Source of the DNA: a virus
Reading direction: 5' to 3' (one strand)
Length of the DNA stretch: 64,000 bases
IMG/VR virus record: IMGVR_UViG_3300025133_000033
The notes beneath the pieces are model-generated. The model had not been told where the DNA came from. It searched no databases and saw only the letters and a program-made list of their open reading frames with translations. Of this stretch, positions 27,197 through 37,734 are shown in pieces (position 1 is the first letter of the stretch; every line of letters begins with the position of its first letter). The position numbers were made by a program, and so were the translations under genes.

Positions 27197-27430
27197 TTAA
27201 AGGGTCGAAAGGCCACGGTACTTCAAGGCTTTCCGAGCTAAACGACGACCATAAGTAGTGCCATTTTCACGCACTAGGTGCCTGAATTCACCAGCAAAGG
27301 TCGTATGTGCGAGTTGGCTAGATGCCTCTCGGGTTGTTAATTGGCCAGAACTCCAACGTCCAATGACCTTTTTTGCGTCATTGTCAGTCTCTAAAAGTAG
27401 TCGCCAGTCCACAGAATTCACTGTTTTCAT
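27197..27430 (-). CDS. Hypothetical protein
   Basis: 77 aa ORF with AGGA RBS. Confidence 0.6.
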   Translation of the reverse strand: MKTVNSVDWRLLLETDNDAKKVIGRWSSGQLTTREASSQLAHTTFAGEFRHLVRENGTTYGRRLARKALKYRGLSTL

Positions 27431-27492
27431 GTCCTAAAATCCTCTCTTTTTAAAAAGTGTTATGTCTTCACCCTATATTATACTCTGGAATC

Positions 27493-27774
27493 TCATTTTT
27501 TCTTGATCATCTCAAAAGGATTTGGTAATTTTATGCTTTCGGTCCTATCTTTAGGGTCAACGTGATGTTCGCTCAGCGGTCTCTCATCTTTACTATCAGA
27601 GAAGGTAGGGATCTCCGTTTGATTTCGGATCTCCTCAAGACACTCCTCTAGGTGTACTTCTAGATCCGCCAAACGCTTCCGGTGCTCGTCAGCAGTAAGC
27701 TTATGTCTATCTATCTCCAGACGTACACTAGCGATATATGCTTGAGCCATTTGTGTTACATTAGGTGCAACCAT
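27493..27774 (-). CDS. Coiled-coil hypothetical protein
   Basis: 93 aa. Confidence 0.55.
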   Translation of the reverse strand: MVAPNVTQMAQAYIASVRLEIDRHKLTADEHRKRLADLEVHLEECLEEIRNQTEIPTFSDSKDERPLSEHHVDPKDRTESIKLPNPFEMIKKK

Positions 27775-27783
27775 TTTTTCTCC

Positions 27784-28125
27784 TTACTGTATATAAGTTC
27801 GTACTTGTTTAATTTTACCCCAACTATCGAATAAAATAAGGCTTACTATAGGGGTTTCTGTTTCAATGTCTCCCTTTTTTTCTGTAAAAATAGAAGATTC
27901 AACACAAACAAGCTTGTCTCGATAACAGGTATTTTTGATTTGGATACTTATTGTATCGAACTCTTCCCAAACCCCACGATGATCCTCCATTAAATCAGCT
28001 TTCCCAACGAAGTGGGCTTCTGGATCAATGAATTCTACTTCGCTAGAGTACATTTCCTGAAGACCTTTTTCATCTTTTGCCGCAAAAGCTGCCAAATACC
28101 TCTTAGCTGCTTCATCCCATATCAT
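27784..28125 (-). CDS. SnoaL/NTF2-like protein
   Basis: RYLAAFAAKD...MYSSEVEFIDP...GK. Confidence 0.75.
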   Translation of the reverse strand: MIWDEAAKRYLAAFAAKDEKGLQEMYSSEVEFIDPEAHFVGKADLMEDHRGVWEEFDTISIQIKNTCYRDKLVCVESSIFTEKKGDIETETPIVSLILFDSWGKIKQVRTYIQ

Positions 28126-28795
28126 AACAACATCCTCCTACTGAGCCAATACCACGAGTTTCAGGGTCTATCTCTAGATCAGATAATATAGATCGTAGGG
28201 GCTTCCCGTTAAAATCCAAATAAGTATCACTCCATAACGAACCAGTAATAATATCAGAGACCGCATTATAAATCCCGCATCTCCAATAGGTTATCTTCAT
28301 GCTTGGCTGGTCTGATGCCCGATGAAAGAAGGCTCCGTCTATTTTTCCTACTTCTAATGATTCCCAATACAACATATTCTTGTCACGACTAGAGTTAATC
28401 CACTCATGAAATTCAGAGGTCTTCCAAATATGAGGAGTTAAGAAAAAACTTCCTCCTGCATCAGGACACAGGTTATCTGACCCCTCTATCTTTGTAAAGG
28501 AAGATCGACCTATCTTACGTAGTCGAACGTAAGATAAGTTTCTACTAATCATCTCTCCAGCTACTACCTCAAGAGCCTTAAAGTTAGGGGCTTCTAGCAA
28601 TACTGTCCAGGGAGGATTAAAAATAAGGCACTCTCCTAGATCCACGTCCTGTAGTGCTTGAAGAGTCTCTTTGTGGCTCTTGTTTATATCTGGGGCTAAG
28701 AACACCAAGTCTTTCTCATCAATAAATTTAAGAGCCTGAGACTTGATCACATCTTGTATGTCTTGGTCTACGGGAATAATAAATACGTGTTTCAT
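28112..28795 (-). CDS. Hypothetical protein of the glycan cluster
   Basis: 227 aa coupled ORF. Confidence 0.6.
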   Translation of the reverse strand: MKHVFIIPVDQDIQDVIKSQALKFIDEKDLVFLAPDINKSHKETLQALQDVDLGECLIFNPPWTVLLEAPNFKALEVVAGEMISRNLSYVRLRKIGRSSFTKIEGSDNLCPDAGGSFFLTPHIWKTSEFHEWINSSRDKNMLYWESLEVGKIDGAFFHRASDQPSMKITYWRCGIYNAVSDIITGSLWSDTYLDFNGKPLRSILSDLEIDPETRGIGSVGGCCYDMG

Positions 28796-29595
28796 TTTTT
28801 AATTCCTAATATATGATTAAGGGCTGGTCTGCCATGATAACCAAAGCTTAGTCTTTGGTCAATGCATTCACCTATTGGTAGGTGCTGCATCATAAAGCCT
28901 TCCTTGCGTGCTGTATATCTAGTAGCCTCTTCACTAACAGCTTCCAAAGAAAATCTAGAAGCCACGTCTACAGGAGCAAAATTAATTCCTCTTATATCAA
29001 AGTATGATCTTGCTCCGACACAGAAAAAGAAATCATCAAACTTCGGAGCAGTAGTAAAATGGTTAAAGTGTACAGGACAAACATGCAAAGGGTAAGTTGA
29101 TTTAGAGCTGACCTCTAAGAACTTTCTACTCCTTAAGCAGAACCCGCTATTGCCAACTAGATATCTATTGGGTACTGTTTCTAAGTCTATTTCATCGTCG
29201 CCCACGTTATAGTAATTATCTAAGTGAGCTTTTAAATTTACCGGGCTCCACGGAGCACCTATGTAATCATACTCTAGGAATTCCTCTTTCCAGTTTTCTG
29301 GATACAGAGGAAAACCATCCAACTGACAGGATACGACAAAATCCTCGGTGAACATATCATATAACTTAAAGACAGAAAGAAGCTGGTACTCCTCATAAGA
29401 CAACTGGGGCATAGGCATATAAGCTATACCTTTAACGCGATAGTCTCTATCAATTTTAGTATGGGTGGCAAAATAAATCTTATCGAAGCAGCTAAAATCT
29501 TGCAGATGCTCCCCAAGAAACCCACAGAAGCTATTAAAGTTCTCTAACGCAAGATCTTCATGAACAGCACAGTCAATTAAAACGCACGATATCAT
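28792..29595 (-). CDS. DUF5672-like putative glycosyltransferase
   Basis: QLDG, WKEEFLEYDYIGAPW, VGNSGFCLRS, FGYHG. Confidence 0.8.
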   Translation of the reverse strand: MISCVLIDCAVHEDLALENFNSFCGFLGEHLQDFSCFDKIYFATHTKIDRDYRVKGIAYMPMPQLSYEEYQLLSVFKLYDMFTEDFVVSCQLDGFPLYPENWKEEFLEYDYIGAPWSPVNLKAHLDNYYNVGDDEIDLETVPNRYLVGNSGFCLRSRKFLEVSSKSTYPLHVCPVHFNHFTTAPKFDDFFFCVGARSYFDIRGINFAPVDVASRFSLEAVSEEATRYTARKEGFMMQHLPIGECIDQRLSFGYHGRPALNHILGIKK

Positions 29596-30314
29596 GAGAA
29601 TCTCTTTGTGTAAGTGGCAGTATCTAAGTCTTTGTTAGGAGTCTCTTGAAGAATCGAAACACCGTAAGGTTTTCTAATGAGCTTAATATTCTGAGCTACT
29701 AGATGCCATAGTAAAATATTTTCAACTTGAAGATAACAGCCTTGCTCAAGATAGCTATATAGATTATCTAATATTCCACAATGATACTTCTTCATCTGTA
29801 GTTCAGATCCTACAGCAAAAACATCGCATAGACCACCCTTCCAGTTTCCAAATTGAGGAATAAGAATTCCACGTCCATATTCTCCTACTGGAGGCAAGGC
29901 ATGATCTAGCTGATGAGATAGTAATATCCTATCTCTATACCTAACCACATAGTCATAGTTGTATAATGAATGTTTCTCGAATGTTTTATATACACGGTCT
30001 AGCTTATAGAGCGTTGAAACCGTACTGATAGGATTTGACTCTGGCCACTTATCATAGTGTGTCTTTTGAAGATCTAGCATAGCCTCTTGTGATTTGGCGG
30101 TGACTTTCTCTAGGCTCTCTACATCTATATGAACAGGCTGATAAAGTTCAGTAAATTCTTCCACATCTTCGGACTCATAGGTGCTAACATATAGATCTAC
30201 CTCAAGATCGTTGTCTCCATGCCTACAAGATTGCAGGATAGCCCCCCTATAATTTGACCATGTGCGTCTGAAGTCACGAATGCCTCCAGCCCACAAGACT
30301 GCTACCTTTGTCAT
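29592..30314 (-). CDS. Putative glycan-modifying protein
   Basis: KVAVLWAGGIR, YDYVVRYR, DVFAVG..M..Y pattern. Confidence 0.55.
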   Translation of the reverse strand: MTKVAVLWAGGIRDFRRTWSNYRGAILQSCRHGDNDLEVDLYVSTYESEDVEEFTELYQPVHIDVESLEKVTAKSQEAMLDLQKTHYDKWPESNPISTVSTLYKLDRVYKTFEKHSLYNYDYVVRYRDRILLSHQLDHALPPVGEYGRGILIPQFGNWKGGLCDVFAVGSELQMKKYHCGILDNLYSYLEQGCYLQVENILLWHLVAQNIKLIRKPYGVSILQETPNKDLDTATYTKRFS

Positions 30315-31042
30315 AAGTTTGTGTTCCGTTGAAAATACTGAAGATCTTCCGGTGTACCAAGCCCCCACATCTTAGCCGCTTCAGAAGTACGTATGATCTT
30401 CCCATCAGAGATAGCCTCATTAAATACGGGACATACATAGAACTCTCCGTTCACCGTAAGATTCTTCTCTATCATTTGTTGAGCATATTTAATATAATCC
30501 CATGCTCTTTTCCAGTAGTAGATACCTGCTGTAGCATTGGTACTGATAGGTCTTTTCTCTGCTACCTCAACCACCCTTCCCTTGCTATCCAGTCTGGCAT
30601 AGCTCCATTTAGGATGAACTGATTGAAAAGTTAGCATTCCCCCATCAGCATTCTCTTCCTCCATCTCTTCAATAAAGTAGGCTAAGCCTCTCCATTCTAC
30701 AAGCTGATCAGTATTAGCAATAACAAGAGGTTGCTTCTCTACTAGATGTGGCTTTGCGAGCAGAGTAGTACATGCTGCTCCAGCAGTGAGACCATTAACT
30801 AATACTACCTGCATTGTAGTGTTGATAGGGATAATACGCTTTAGCATTTCTTTTATATGATATTTTTTTTCATGCTCTGCCCGAACAAGAAAGATGTAGT
30901 TCGCATAGGGATAAGTGAGATTGTTTACCACTGCCTGGATCATAGGCACTCCATGACCGACCTCGATTAAAGGTTTGGGGAATGTGTATCCCGCAGATTT
31001 AAAACGGCTTCCCTCACCAGCCATAGGGATCACAATATTCAT
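30311..31042 (-). CDS. Sugar-phosphate nucleotidyltransferase-like protein
   Basis: IVIPMAGEGSRF..GYTFPKPLI, AEKRPIS, LGTPEDL. Confidence 0.88.
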   Translation of the reverse strand: MNIVIPMAGEGSRFKSAGYTFPKPLIEVGHGVPMIQAVVNNLTYPYANYIFLVRAEHEKKYHIKEMLKRIIPINTTMQVVLVNGLTAGAACTTLLAKPHLVEKQPLVIANTDQLVEWRGLAYFIEEMEEENADGGMLTFQSVHPKWSYARLDSKGRVVEVAEKRPISTNATAGIYYWKRAWDYIKYAQQMIEKNLTVNGEFYVCPVFNEAISDGKIIRTSEAAKMWGLGTPEDLQYFQRNTNL

Positions 31043-31662
31043 TGCATTTTTCCTACTAAATCTAAAAGACCTTGGTTGATATCTTGAGGACCATTAACAC
31101 GATACATATAAGCACCGCTTCTATATCCCGCTAATATGCCTGTATTAGAATCTTCAACGACAATGCACTCATCGGGAGCTACTCCTAGTCTTACCATTGA
31201 TAAGTTATACATCAGAGGGTCAGGCTTTGTTTTAGCTATAGAATAGCTACCAATAACAGAATCAAAAAACAAGGAAATCTCTTTGCGTTTCAATACCTCG
31301 TGGACAAACTCGTCCGATGCATTGGATGCTACGGCATACTTGAGATTATATTTATCTTTACCCTGATGAAGCAAGTCTATAAGGTTATCGTCTCGGCCCA
31401 TTTCAGATATTAGATGCTGAGTATTTCTCTTCTTAGCATCATGTAGTGCAGCTACTTTCTCTTTATCATATAAGATATAGTCCTTATCACACAAGAACTC
31501 TGTGCGTCCTCTGGTAGGAATGTTTCCCATAGACTCATACAACTCTGACGAGACAACAAGGTTGTATACCTTTTTTACTGCGGCTATATATGCCTCATAG
31601 TGGAGAAGATGAGTATCGCTAATGACCCCATCCAGATCAAACAGAATAGCTTTTATTGACAT
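31039..31662 (-). CDS. HAD-family phosphatase
   Basis: FDLDGV, KPDP, EDS..G. Confidence 0.9.
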   Translation of the reverse strand: MSIKAILFDLDGVISDTHLLHYEAYIAAVKKVYNLVVSSELYESMGNIPTRGRTEFLCDKDYILYDKEKVAALHDAKKRNTQHLISEMGRDDNLIDLLHQGKDKYNLKYAVASNASDEFVHEVLKRKEISLFFDSVIGSYSIAKTKPDPLMYNLSMVRLGVAPDECIVVEDSNTGILAGYRSGAYMYRVNGPQDINQGLLDLVGKMQ

Positions 31663-32786
31663 GGCTTATAGCTCCTCAATACATCTATAATGTATTCGAT
31701 GGATTCATCTGCCAGCTTTGGATAAAGGGGAACGTAGAATCCTCTTGATGCCAACTCTTCTGAATGAGGATAGGTCCATGCTCCTACGAACTCTTTTAGA
31801 AAGACTTGTTCGCTCATTGGCTGGAAATATGTGCGAGAATCAATGCCATGACTAGCAATATGCTGCCTAATATTATCACGCTCCTCTAAGCTGTCTGCCA
31901 GTAGAGGCATGACCCAATAAGCAGAGTGCTCTGTGGTGACGGGGATAGTTAGATGCGGAACATCTCCCAGTCCTTCCTCATACTTTATTCTAATCTCAGC
32001 ACGCCTCTTCATAAAATCAGGAGCCCTCTTTAGTTGCTCTAGACCAATTGCTGCCTGCATATCAGTCATTCTATAGCCAAATGCTCTCTCGGTATGACAG
32101 AAGTGTTGCCCTGGAGTAAAGGCGTGCATACGTACACGGTCTAGACGAGCCTTTGTGTCTGGACAATCAGTTGTTACCATTCCCCCTTCACCAGTTGTAA
32201 TATTTTTATTAGAATAAAAAGAGAAGATAGAAACATCTCCAAATGATCCTAACGGCCTATCCTTATACTGCCCAAAATGACACTCGGCACAATCTTCAAT
32301 AACATCAATGTTATTTCTATGGCAGTAGTCCGTTATCTTTTCTATCTCTTCTACTGGCTCACCGTATGTATGGACAAGAATTACAGCCTTAGTTCTTTTT
32401 GTTATCTGCTCATAGACAGATAGAAAGTCTAGGTTTCCCACCTCACTATAAGCAGAAGAGTCTGCAAATACCGGAGTAGCACCAGTCAATAGGACAGCAT
32501 TAGCAAGAGCTATCATTGTCAAGTTTGGTATGATGACCTCATCACCAGGACCAACATCGCATACATGCAGAGCGAGATGGAGAGCGGTAGTACCTGAGTT
32601 ACAGGCAGAACCATAAGTCTTTCCTGTCTGGTTCGCAACCTTTTGCTCAAACTCCTTAACTCTTGGGCCTTGAGAAATCCAGTTGTCAGTCACAGCATTA
32701 GCTACAGCGGCAGCTTCCTCTAAGCCTAGCCACGGTTCAGCGATCCAGATTAATTTCTTAGCCTCTAGATTTAATACGGGGTCCAT
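31653..32786 (-). CDS. DegT/DnrJ sugar aminotransferase (perosamine synthase-like)
   Basis: SGTTALHLAL, EDCAE, SFYSNKNITTGEGG. Confidence 0.92.
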   Translation of the reverse strand: MDPVLNLEAKKLIWIAEPWLGLEEAAAVANAVTDNWISQGPRVKEFEQKVANQTGKTYGSACNSGTTALHLALHVCDVGPGDEVIIPNLTMIALANAVLLTGATPVFADSSAYSEVGNLDFLSVYEQITKRTKAVILVHTYGEPVEEIEKITDYCHRNNIDVIEDCAECHFGQYKDRPLGSFGDVSIFSFYSNKNITTGEGGMVTTDCPDTKARLDRVRMHAFTPGQHFCHTERAFGYRMTDMQAAIGLEQLKRAPDFMKRRAEIRIKYEEGLGDVPHLTIPVTTEHSAYWVMPLLADSLEERDNIRQHIASHGIDSRTYFQPMSEQVFLKEFVGAWTYPHSEELASRGFYVPLYPKLADESIEYIIDVLRSYKPCQ

Positions 32787-33385
32787 TACGTCTCCAATTT
32801 TATGTATTGTTTGTTACCATTGTTATCATAGTAATAGCAGGATTCTTTGCCAGTAAAAGTAAAAGCTCTTATAATATGAGTTATATCCTTTGCTTCCTCT
32901 AAATCTTTACGAAAATATAGATGCCCTCCTTCGTTCGGACGAAGAGAGTAAGTTCCATAAATAATGTTATAGAAATGATCACGAAACATAACATATAATA
33001 GCATCATGCAGCGTGTGAATAACGATTCAGCAGTGTCTCCTGGGTAGATTATAGTTTTGCGGACCTCTATGATAGCTCCGCTGTCTATACCGCAGTCCAT
33101 CTCATGAACAGTGACCCCCGTTTCTTTCTCTTTATTAATCAACGCCCAACTATAAGCCCCTGAGCCACGATAGTCTGGTAGAACTCCTGGGTGGAAGTTG
33201 ATACATCTTTTCTTACTGCTAATAAAGTCTTGGCTTACAAGAGAATCATATAGAATAGAGATAAAAATATCACAGTCGTCAGGATCTTCTACTAGAGAAA
33301 ACTTTGGGGGTATAGCACTGCGTGCATATTCCTTGCACAAAGCCCCTATCTCTTCGTCTCGTGATGATGCTATATGAATCTTCAT
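32786..33385 (-). CDS. Sugar N-formyltransferase
   Basis: INFHPGVLPDYRG, GVTVHEM..GIDSG. Confidence 0.88.
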   Translation of the reverse strand: MKIHIASSRDEEIGALCKEYARSAIPPKFSLVEDPDDCDIFISILYDSLVSQDFISSKKRCINFHPGVLPDYRGSGAYSWALINKEKETGVTVHEMDCGIDSGAIIEVRKTIIYPGDTAESLFTRCMMLLYVMFRDHFYNIIYGTYSLRPNEGGHLYFRKDLEEAKDITHIIRAFTFTGKESCYYYDNNGNKQYIKLET

Positions 33386-34248
33386 GCTTTATTTAATTCC
33401 AAAAACTTATCGTGAAGTCTTTTGGCAAACGACTCTAATGCAAATTCTATACAGAACTCTTTCCTGTCCGACAAAGGATATGGAGAGTCCTTCTTGCGAT
33501 TATCCCACATTAATTGTAGGTTTTCCTTAAGGGATTCGTAGGTAGGATCAAAGTAATGAGCCCTATCTCCAAAGTAATCCGCTGCTCCTTGATAAGGTGT
33601 ACGGCAGATTAGAACTTCCTTCCCTAAATGATACCCCTCAAGTAACGACATTCCTCCAGTAGAAGCCTCGTACCAAGGACAAACAATGAAGCTGGCACCA
33701 GCAATGAAGTCTTTATACTCTTCCCATGTTGTACCTCTCTGTCCTCTTTTTCTACCACCATGTTTATAGGGAATATTTAATTCAGCACATGCCTTTGCTA
33801 TCCATCCTCTATGCCTATCAGGTATTTCTCTTAGCGGGTCACATACATACCCCCCATCATGAACATTAGAATGATTAAAAAATTGAGCATAGCACTTGAC
33901 CACATCATATTTTTCAATACCCCAGTGCTGCTTTAAACGTAGAACTTGACCATGAGAGGGCACCCATACCTCATCGCTAACCTTACACAGGTCTCCATAA
34001 CCCTTCCAATCATAGTGACGCTCATGCTCCCAAATCCATTCATAACAATCCCAAGCATACGTAATAAACTTGACATGGGGAAATGTTCTTCGAATCCTAA
34101 TCAGCTCAGCATGATCTCCCATCTGCAAGGAGAAGAAAAAATCACAATCACTGTCTGGTTTGGTGGCAATTTCTACATGCTCTCCAAGAGCCCTTACTAT
34201 TTTCTTTACAAACTCTGTATGTCCTGAGTGGTAAATAAAAATTTTCAT
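33382..34248 (-). CDS. Putative GT-B glycosyltransferase
   Basis: EASTGGMSLLEG motif shared with 39739-40608. Confidence 0.65.
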   Translation of the reverse strand: MKIFIYHSGHTEFVKKIVRALGEHVEIATKPDSDCDFFFSLQMGDHAELIRIRRTFPHVKFITYAWDCYEWIWEHERHYDWKGYGDLCKVSDEVWVPSHGQVLRLKQHWGIEKYDVVKCYAQFFNHSNVHDGGYVCDPLREIPDRHRGWIAKACAELNIPYKHGGRKRGQRGTTWEEYKDFIAGASFIVCPWYEASTGGMSLLEGYHLGKEVLICRTPYQGAADYFGDRAHYFDPTYESLKENLQLMWDNRKKDSPYPLSDRKEFCIEFALESFAKRLHDKFLELNKA

Positions 34249-35480
34249 ATAATCTCCAGCTTAGGACAAGGGACAATAAACCGACCCCCTTCACGCAGGA
34301 AGGAGCTTTCTCGGGAAGTAAATTCGTGGACAAAATGCCAAGGAAGCATTAGCAGGTAGTCAGGCTTAGCCTTACGCATTTCTGCTTCAGAGTAAATAGG
34401 AATCTCTGTTCCAACTGTACGTAGTCCATATTTAATCTTTTGGCGTTCAGCAATACCGTCAATCTTAGTATGATCTAGACCAAAGAATTGTAGAAGAGTA
34501 TTTCCTTTTGTTGAAGCTCCATAGCCCCACACGGTCTTACCCGCTGCTCTTACTTCATCTATCATAGAGGTCACATCTTCTCGTAGGCGTAGCAAGTCAT
34601 AATAGAACATATCATATGTCTGCTTTGTGTCTAGATTTAACCAAGTCTCTAGCTCTAGTATAGAATCTATTCGGAAATTAGCTACGTCTCGGAAAGGGGC
34701 GGTATGAAATGACTTGAGGCTTGCTGATGTTTTTTGAGCGAACACACGAAAGCTGCCGCCATTAGTATCGTTTATTTCACAGTCCCTAATAGTTAGCCCT
34801 GCTTCTTCAAAGAGAGGCCTTAATATCTCTAGGGAATAATATGTCAAATGCTCATGGCAAATATTATCGAAGGCGAGCTGTCGTATCATAAGAGGAAGGT
34901 AGCTCATTTGAACTACGAAGAGTCCCTCGTCATCAAGAGCTTTATGAATGTCTTGTAGAAATTCCAAGGGCTTATCTAAGTCATAGAACATAGCAATCGC
35001 TGTGATGAATTTAAATTTACCCTCGTCCTTAACCGCCTCATAATTAAAGTAGTCTGGAATAAGGCGGTCCGCTACATACTTTGCCTTCAGAGCACTACTA
35101 GAAGGATCTATCCCCACTGTTCTCATTGAGATTGGAACAGAGTTCAATAAGGTTCCATCGTTGCATCCTATATCAAGCCACTGATCCCCTTCCTTCCAGT
35201 CAATATGATTTAGGCATGTCTCGACTATATTGTTTAGCTCATTAGTCATAGAGGTATTAGTCCCTGAATTATACCAATACTTTCGATACATAACATCAAG
35301 GTCTACGCTCTTGGCTAGTTGAACGAGCTTACTCTTCTTCCCAATAGTCAGAGTTAGATCTCCTCGCTGGAAATCTTCAGACTTTTCGTCTGGACGCATA
35401 AAGTTGGAGACATACATCTCACCTAAAGAAAATAGCTCATCAACCTCGCCGCCATCTATCCTGCACTTGGGATCAGTCAT
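34245..35480 (-). CDS. NDP-sugar C-methyltransferase
   Basis: LDIGCNDG, ICHEH, YGASTKGNTLL, LPWHF, FIVPCP. Confidence 0.9.
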   Translation of the reverse strand: MTDPKCRIDGGEVDELFSLGEMYVSNFMRPDEKSEDFQRGDLTLTIGKKSKLVQLAKSVDLDVMYRKYWYNSGTNTSMTNELNNIVETCLNHIDWKEGDQWLDIGCNDGTLLNSVPISMRTVGIDPSSSALKAKYVADRLIPDYFNYEAVKDEGKFKFITAIAMFYDLDKPLEFLQDIHKALDDEGLFVVQMSYLPLMIRQLAFDNICHEHLTYYSLEILRPLFEEAGLTIRDCEINDTNGGSFRVFAQKTSASLKSFHTAPFRDVANFRIDSILELETWLNLDTKQTYDMFYYDLLRLREDVTSMIDEVRAAGKTVWGYGASTKGNTLLQFFGLDHTKIDGIAERQKIKYGLRTVGTEIPIYSEAEMRKAKPDYLLMLPWHFVHEFTSRESSFLREGGRFIVPCPKLEII

Positions 35481-36105
35481 CTAAGTGTTCCTCGCGTACA
35501 TAAAAATCATTAACAAAAAATCTTTTTACCTTGACCCAACCGAAATCTTTAAGATAGTTTTCAATATGGGGTTCGTCATGATTATTTTCTATTACTAATA
35601 AACCAATATCATAATACCTTCCAGTTAGCTCTAGTCCTTGAAGTACATCTATCTCTGTGCCCTCTGTATCAATAGAGATGAAGTCTATAGACTCTAGCTC
35701 TAGCTCCCGAATTATAGCATGAAGAGGACGGACGGGCACCTTAATTGTGCGACAGCCATTAATTAGATGGGCATGAGATGTTATTAGTTTTGGATCGGGC
35801 TTCAGACCGCTTAGAGTGGACATGATATTTCTTTCACCAATATCGAATACATAGAAGTCTCGACTCCTACTATAATTCGATCCACAAGCAACCTCCATCA
35901 CCTCTTTTCGTATCTTCTTTGCCGCCTCAACATGCTCTGGGATAGGGTCAATGCATATTGCTCTCCACCCTCTTTCTTCAAAGTGTAGAGTATTAGATCC
36001 TCTTTGACCATCAGATACTCCTACCTCAATACACACCCCATTTGCTACGCCTTTGAAGTAGTCCGCTATATGTTTGTCTGTTTCTTTTTGTCCATGCCAA
36101 GTCAT
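35473..36105 (-). CDS. FkbM-family methyltransferase
   Basis: EVGVSDG..SNT, IDFISIDTEGTE. Confidence 0.88.
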   Translation of the reverse strand: MTWHGQKETDKHIADYFKGVANGVCIEVGVSDGQRGSNTLHFEERGWRAICIDPIPEHVEAAKKIRKEVMEVACGSNYSRSRDFYVFDIGERNIMSTLSGLKPDPKLITSHAHLINGCRTIKVPVRPLHAIIRELELESIDFISIDTEGTEIDVLQGLELTGRYYDIGLLVIENNHDEPHIENYLKDFGWVKVKRFFVNDFYVREEHLDD

Positions 36106-36332
36106 TTCTTTTTCCCATATATTTTAGTGTTCAGTCCAGAAGATTTCCCATCTATCTTCTCGTCAATTGCCGCGATAAGCTGGTTCCTCTGAGGGTTTAA
36201 CGAGTTAGTCTTACGGCAGGCTTCGGCAATCTCTGCGTCGTCTTCACTATCTCTTTTTATATCTTCCAGCATCCATATCTTGAGATTAACAATAGTCAGT
36301 TGATCAATAAGGTTTCCAATTGTGATTTCCAT
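36102..36332 (-). CDS. Small helical hypothetical protein
   Basis: IGNLIDQLTIVNLKIW..ED..N..RN.LI..ID pattern. Confidence 0.65.
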   Translation of the reverse strand: MEITIGNLIDQLTIVNLKIWMLEDIKRDSEDDAEIAEACRKTNSLNPQRNQLIAAIDEKIDGKSSGLNTKIYGKKK

Positions 36333-37022
36333 CTACTTAAATACCTCTGCTGTGGCTTGTTCAAATACTTCTCGGTCTTCAGGACAGGTTACACGCTTGT
36401 CCCAGAACTCTTTATTAGGTCTTCTGCGACGGACAACATCTGCTACAGGCCAAGGCTCTGGGCTCTCCCTGTAGATACATCTCCAATTCTTCGCAAGCGA
36501 GGAGTCATTATTGGAGGTCTCGAAAGCCCAAGCGTCAAGGTTCTTTCCTGCGTGTAGAAGCTCTACGAACAGATTGGTACGCCAAATACTGGGCTGTAAT
36601 GACGACACGAGGTTACACTCAGGGGTCATTGAGTAATAGCGAGAGTCATGCTCAAAGGGCTTATAGCCAGACCTTTTTCCTATCTGGAATCCCATCTTAT
36701 CAATCAATCTCTCCTCCATATACCTTATACCATCCCAAACGGCACTCTGGTCTACATAATCATAAAGAAAATGGTCTTCCATACAGGCGAAGAAGTATTC
36801 TTCTTTAAATTGTTCAAAAAAAGGCTTCAGATCATTACACCACGATAAACTATACCCTGGTAATTGAAACCCTGTGAAGTTGTCTGGCAACCCTTTAGGC
36901 AGAGGTCTTGGGCTAAGCACAACCACTTCATCAAAATCGCTGGCATATTTATTGTATTGATGAGCGAAGTATGGTAATAGCTTATTATACTTACAGCTAA
37001 ACACTATAGTTTTCATTATCAA
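36333..37022 (-). CDS. Putative GT-A-like protein
   Basis: MEDHF, SLQPSIW, AWAFE. Confidence 0.55.
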   Translation of the reverse strand: MIMKTIVFSCKYNKLLPYFAHQYNKYASDFDEVVVLSPRPLPKGLPDNFTGFQLPGYSLSWCNDLKPFFEQFKEEYFFACMEDHFLYDYVDQSAVWDGIRYMEERLIDKMGFQIGKRSGYKPFEHDSRYYSMTPECNLVSSLQPSIWRTNLFVELLHAGKNLDAWAFETSNNDSSLAKNWRCIYRESPEPWPVADVVRRRRPNKEFWDKRVTCPEDREVFEQATAEVFK

Positions 37023-37734
37023 TTATCTCCTGTAGGTCTAAGGTATAACCATACCTCTCAAAGTCCTCCTTGTGTTTTTCAGCTATCATGTCTACACAGG
37101 CTTGAGTAATATTCTTATGGATAATCTTACGCTCAGAACGCCACTTATTTGTGGCACAAATAGTACGAACGTCTAAGCCCCACTGGTATAGGTTATTATA
37201 TACGGAGAGGTCATCATACAGTGTTTCCAGCTTCATTATATTAGCATCTCTTGGCACATAGTCTGACTGTGATGTAAAATGACCGTCTTCTAGGTCAATA
37301 AAGTTATTAAGAAAATAGTAGAAGGTGGAATCCTTCTTTATTTCTGCGTCTTTAAGTCGTTGCTCCCACTGCTCCCTACCCCCTGATCCTAGCAAGGTTT
37401 TGTACATCGAAAACAATTTTAGCACAGGATGCCTAACGCAGGCAAAGCATGTATATGTTGCTAATTGCTCCTTTAATATTCTATTAGGGACATGCTGAGG
37501 GTTTCTACTTTCATAATAGCCTCCTCTTATATTATATATAACGGAGGGAAAGTGGTCACGAAGATTCCTGTTCGCCGCTCTCGGCACTAAAATCAATAAC
37601 ATCTTTTTATCACGCATAAGACATGCACTGCACGAGGAGTGCTCCGTTTTGACAGGAGTAAAAAGATGAGTACCTTTAGGAGGACGATATAACATAGTAT
37701 GTACTAGACTCCGTATCTGTGTCTGCCGTACCAT
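36997..37734 (-). CDS. Sulfotransferase family 2-like protein
   Basis: VPRAA, FACVRHP..S.Y, HFTSQ, EDFERYGY; start uncertain. Confidence 0.7.
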   Translation of the reverse strand: MVRQTQIRSLVHTMLYRPPKGTHLFTPVKTEHSSCSACLMRDKKMLLILVPRAANRNLRDHFPSVIYNIRGGYYESRNPQHVPNRILKEQLATYTCFACVRHPVLKLFSMYKTLLGSGGREQWEQRLKDAEIKKDSTFYYFLNNFIDLEDGHFTSQSDYVPRDANIMKLETLYDDLSVYNNLYQWGLDVRTICATNKWRSERKIIHKNITQACVDMIAEKHKEDFERYGYTLDLQEIIDNENYSV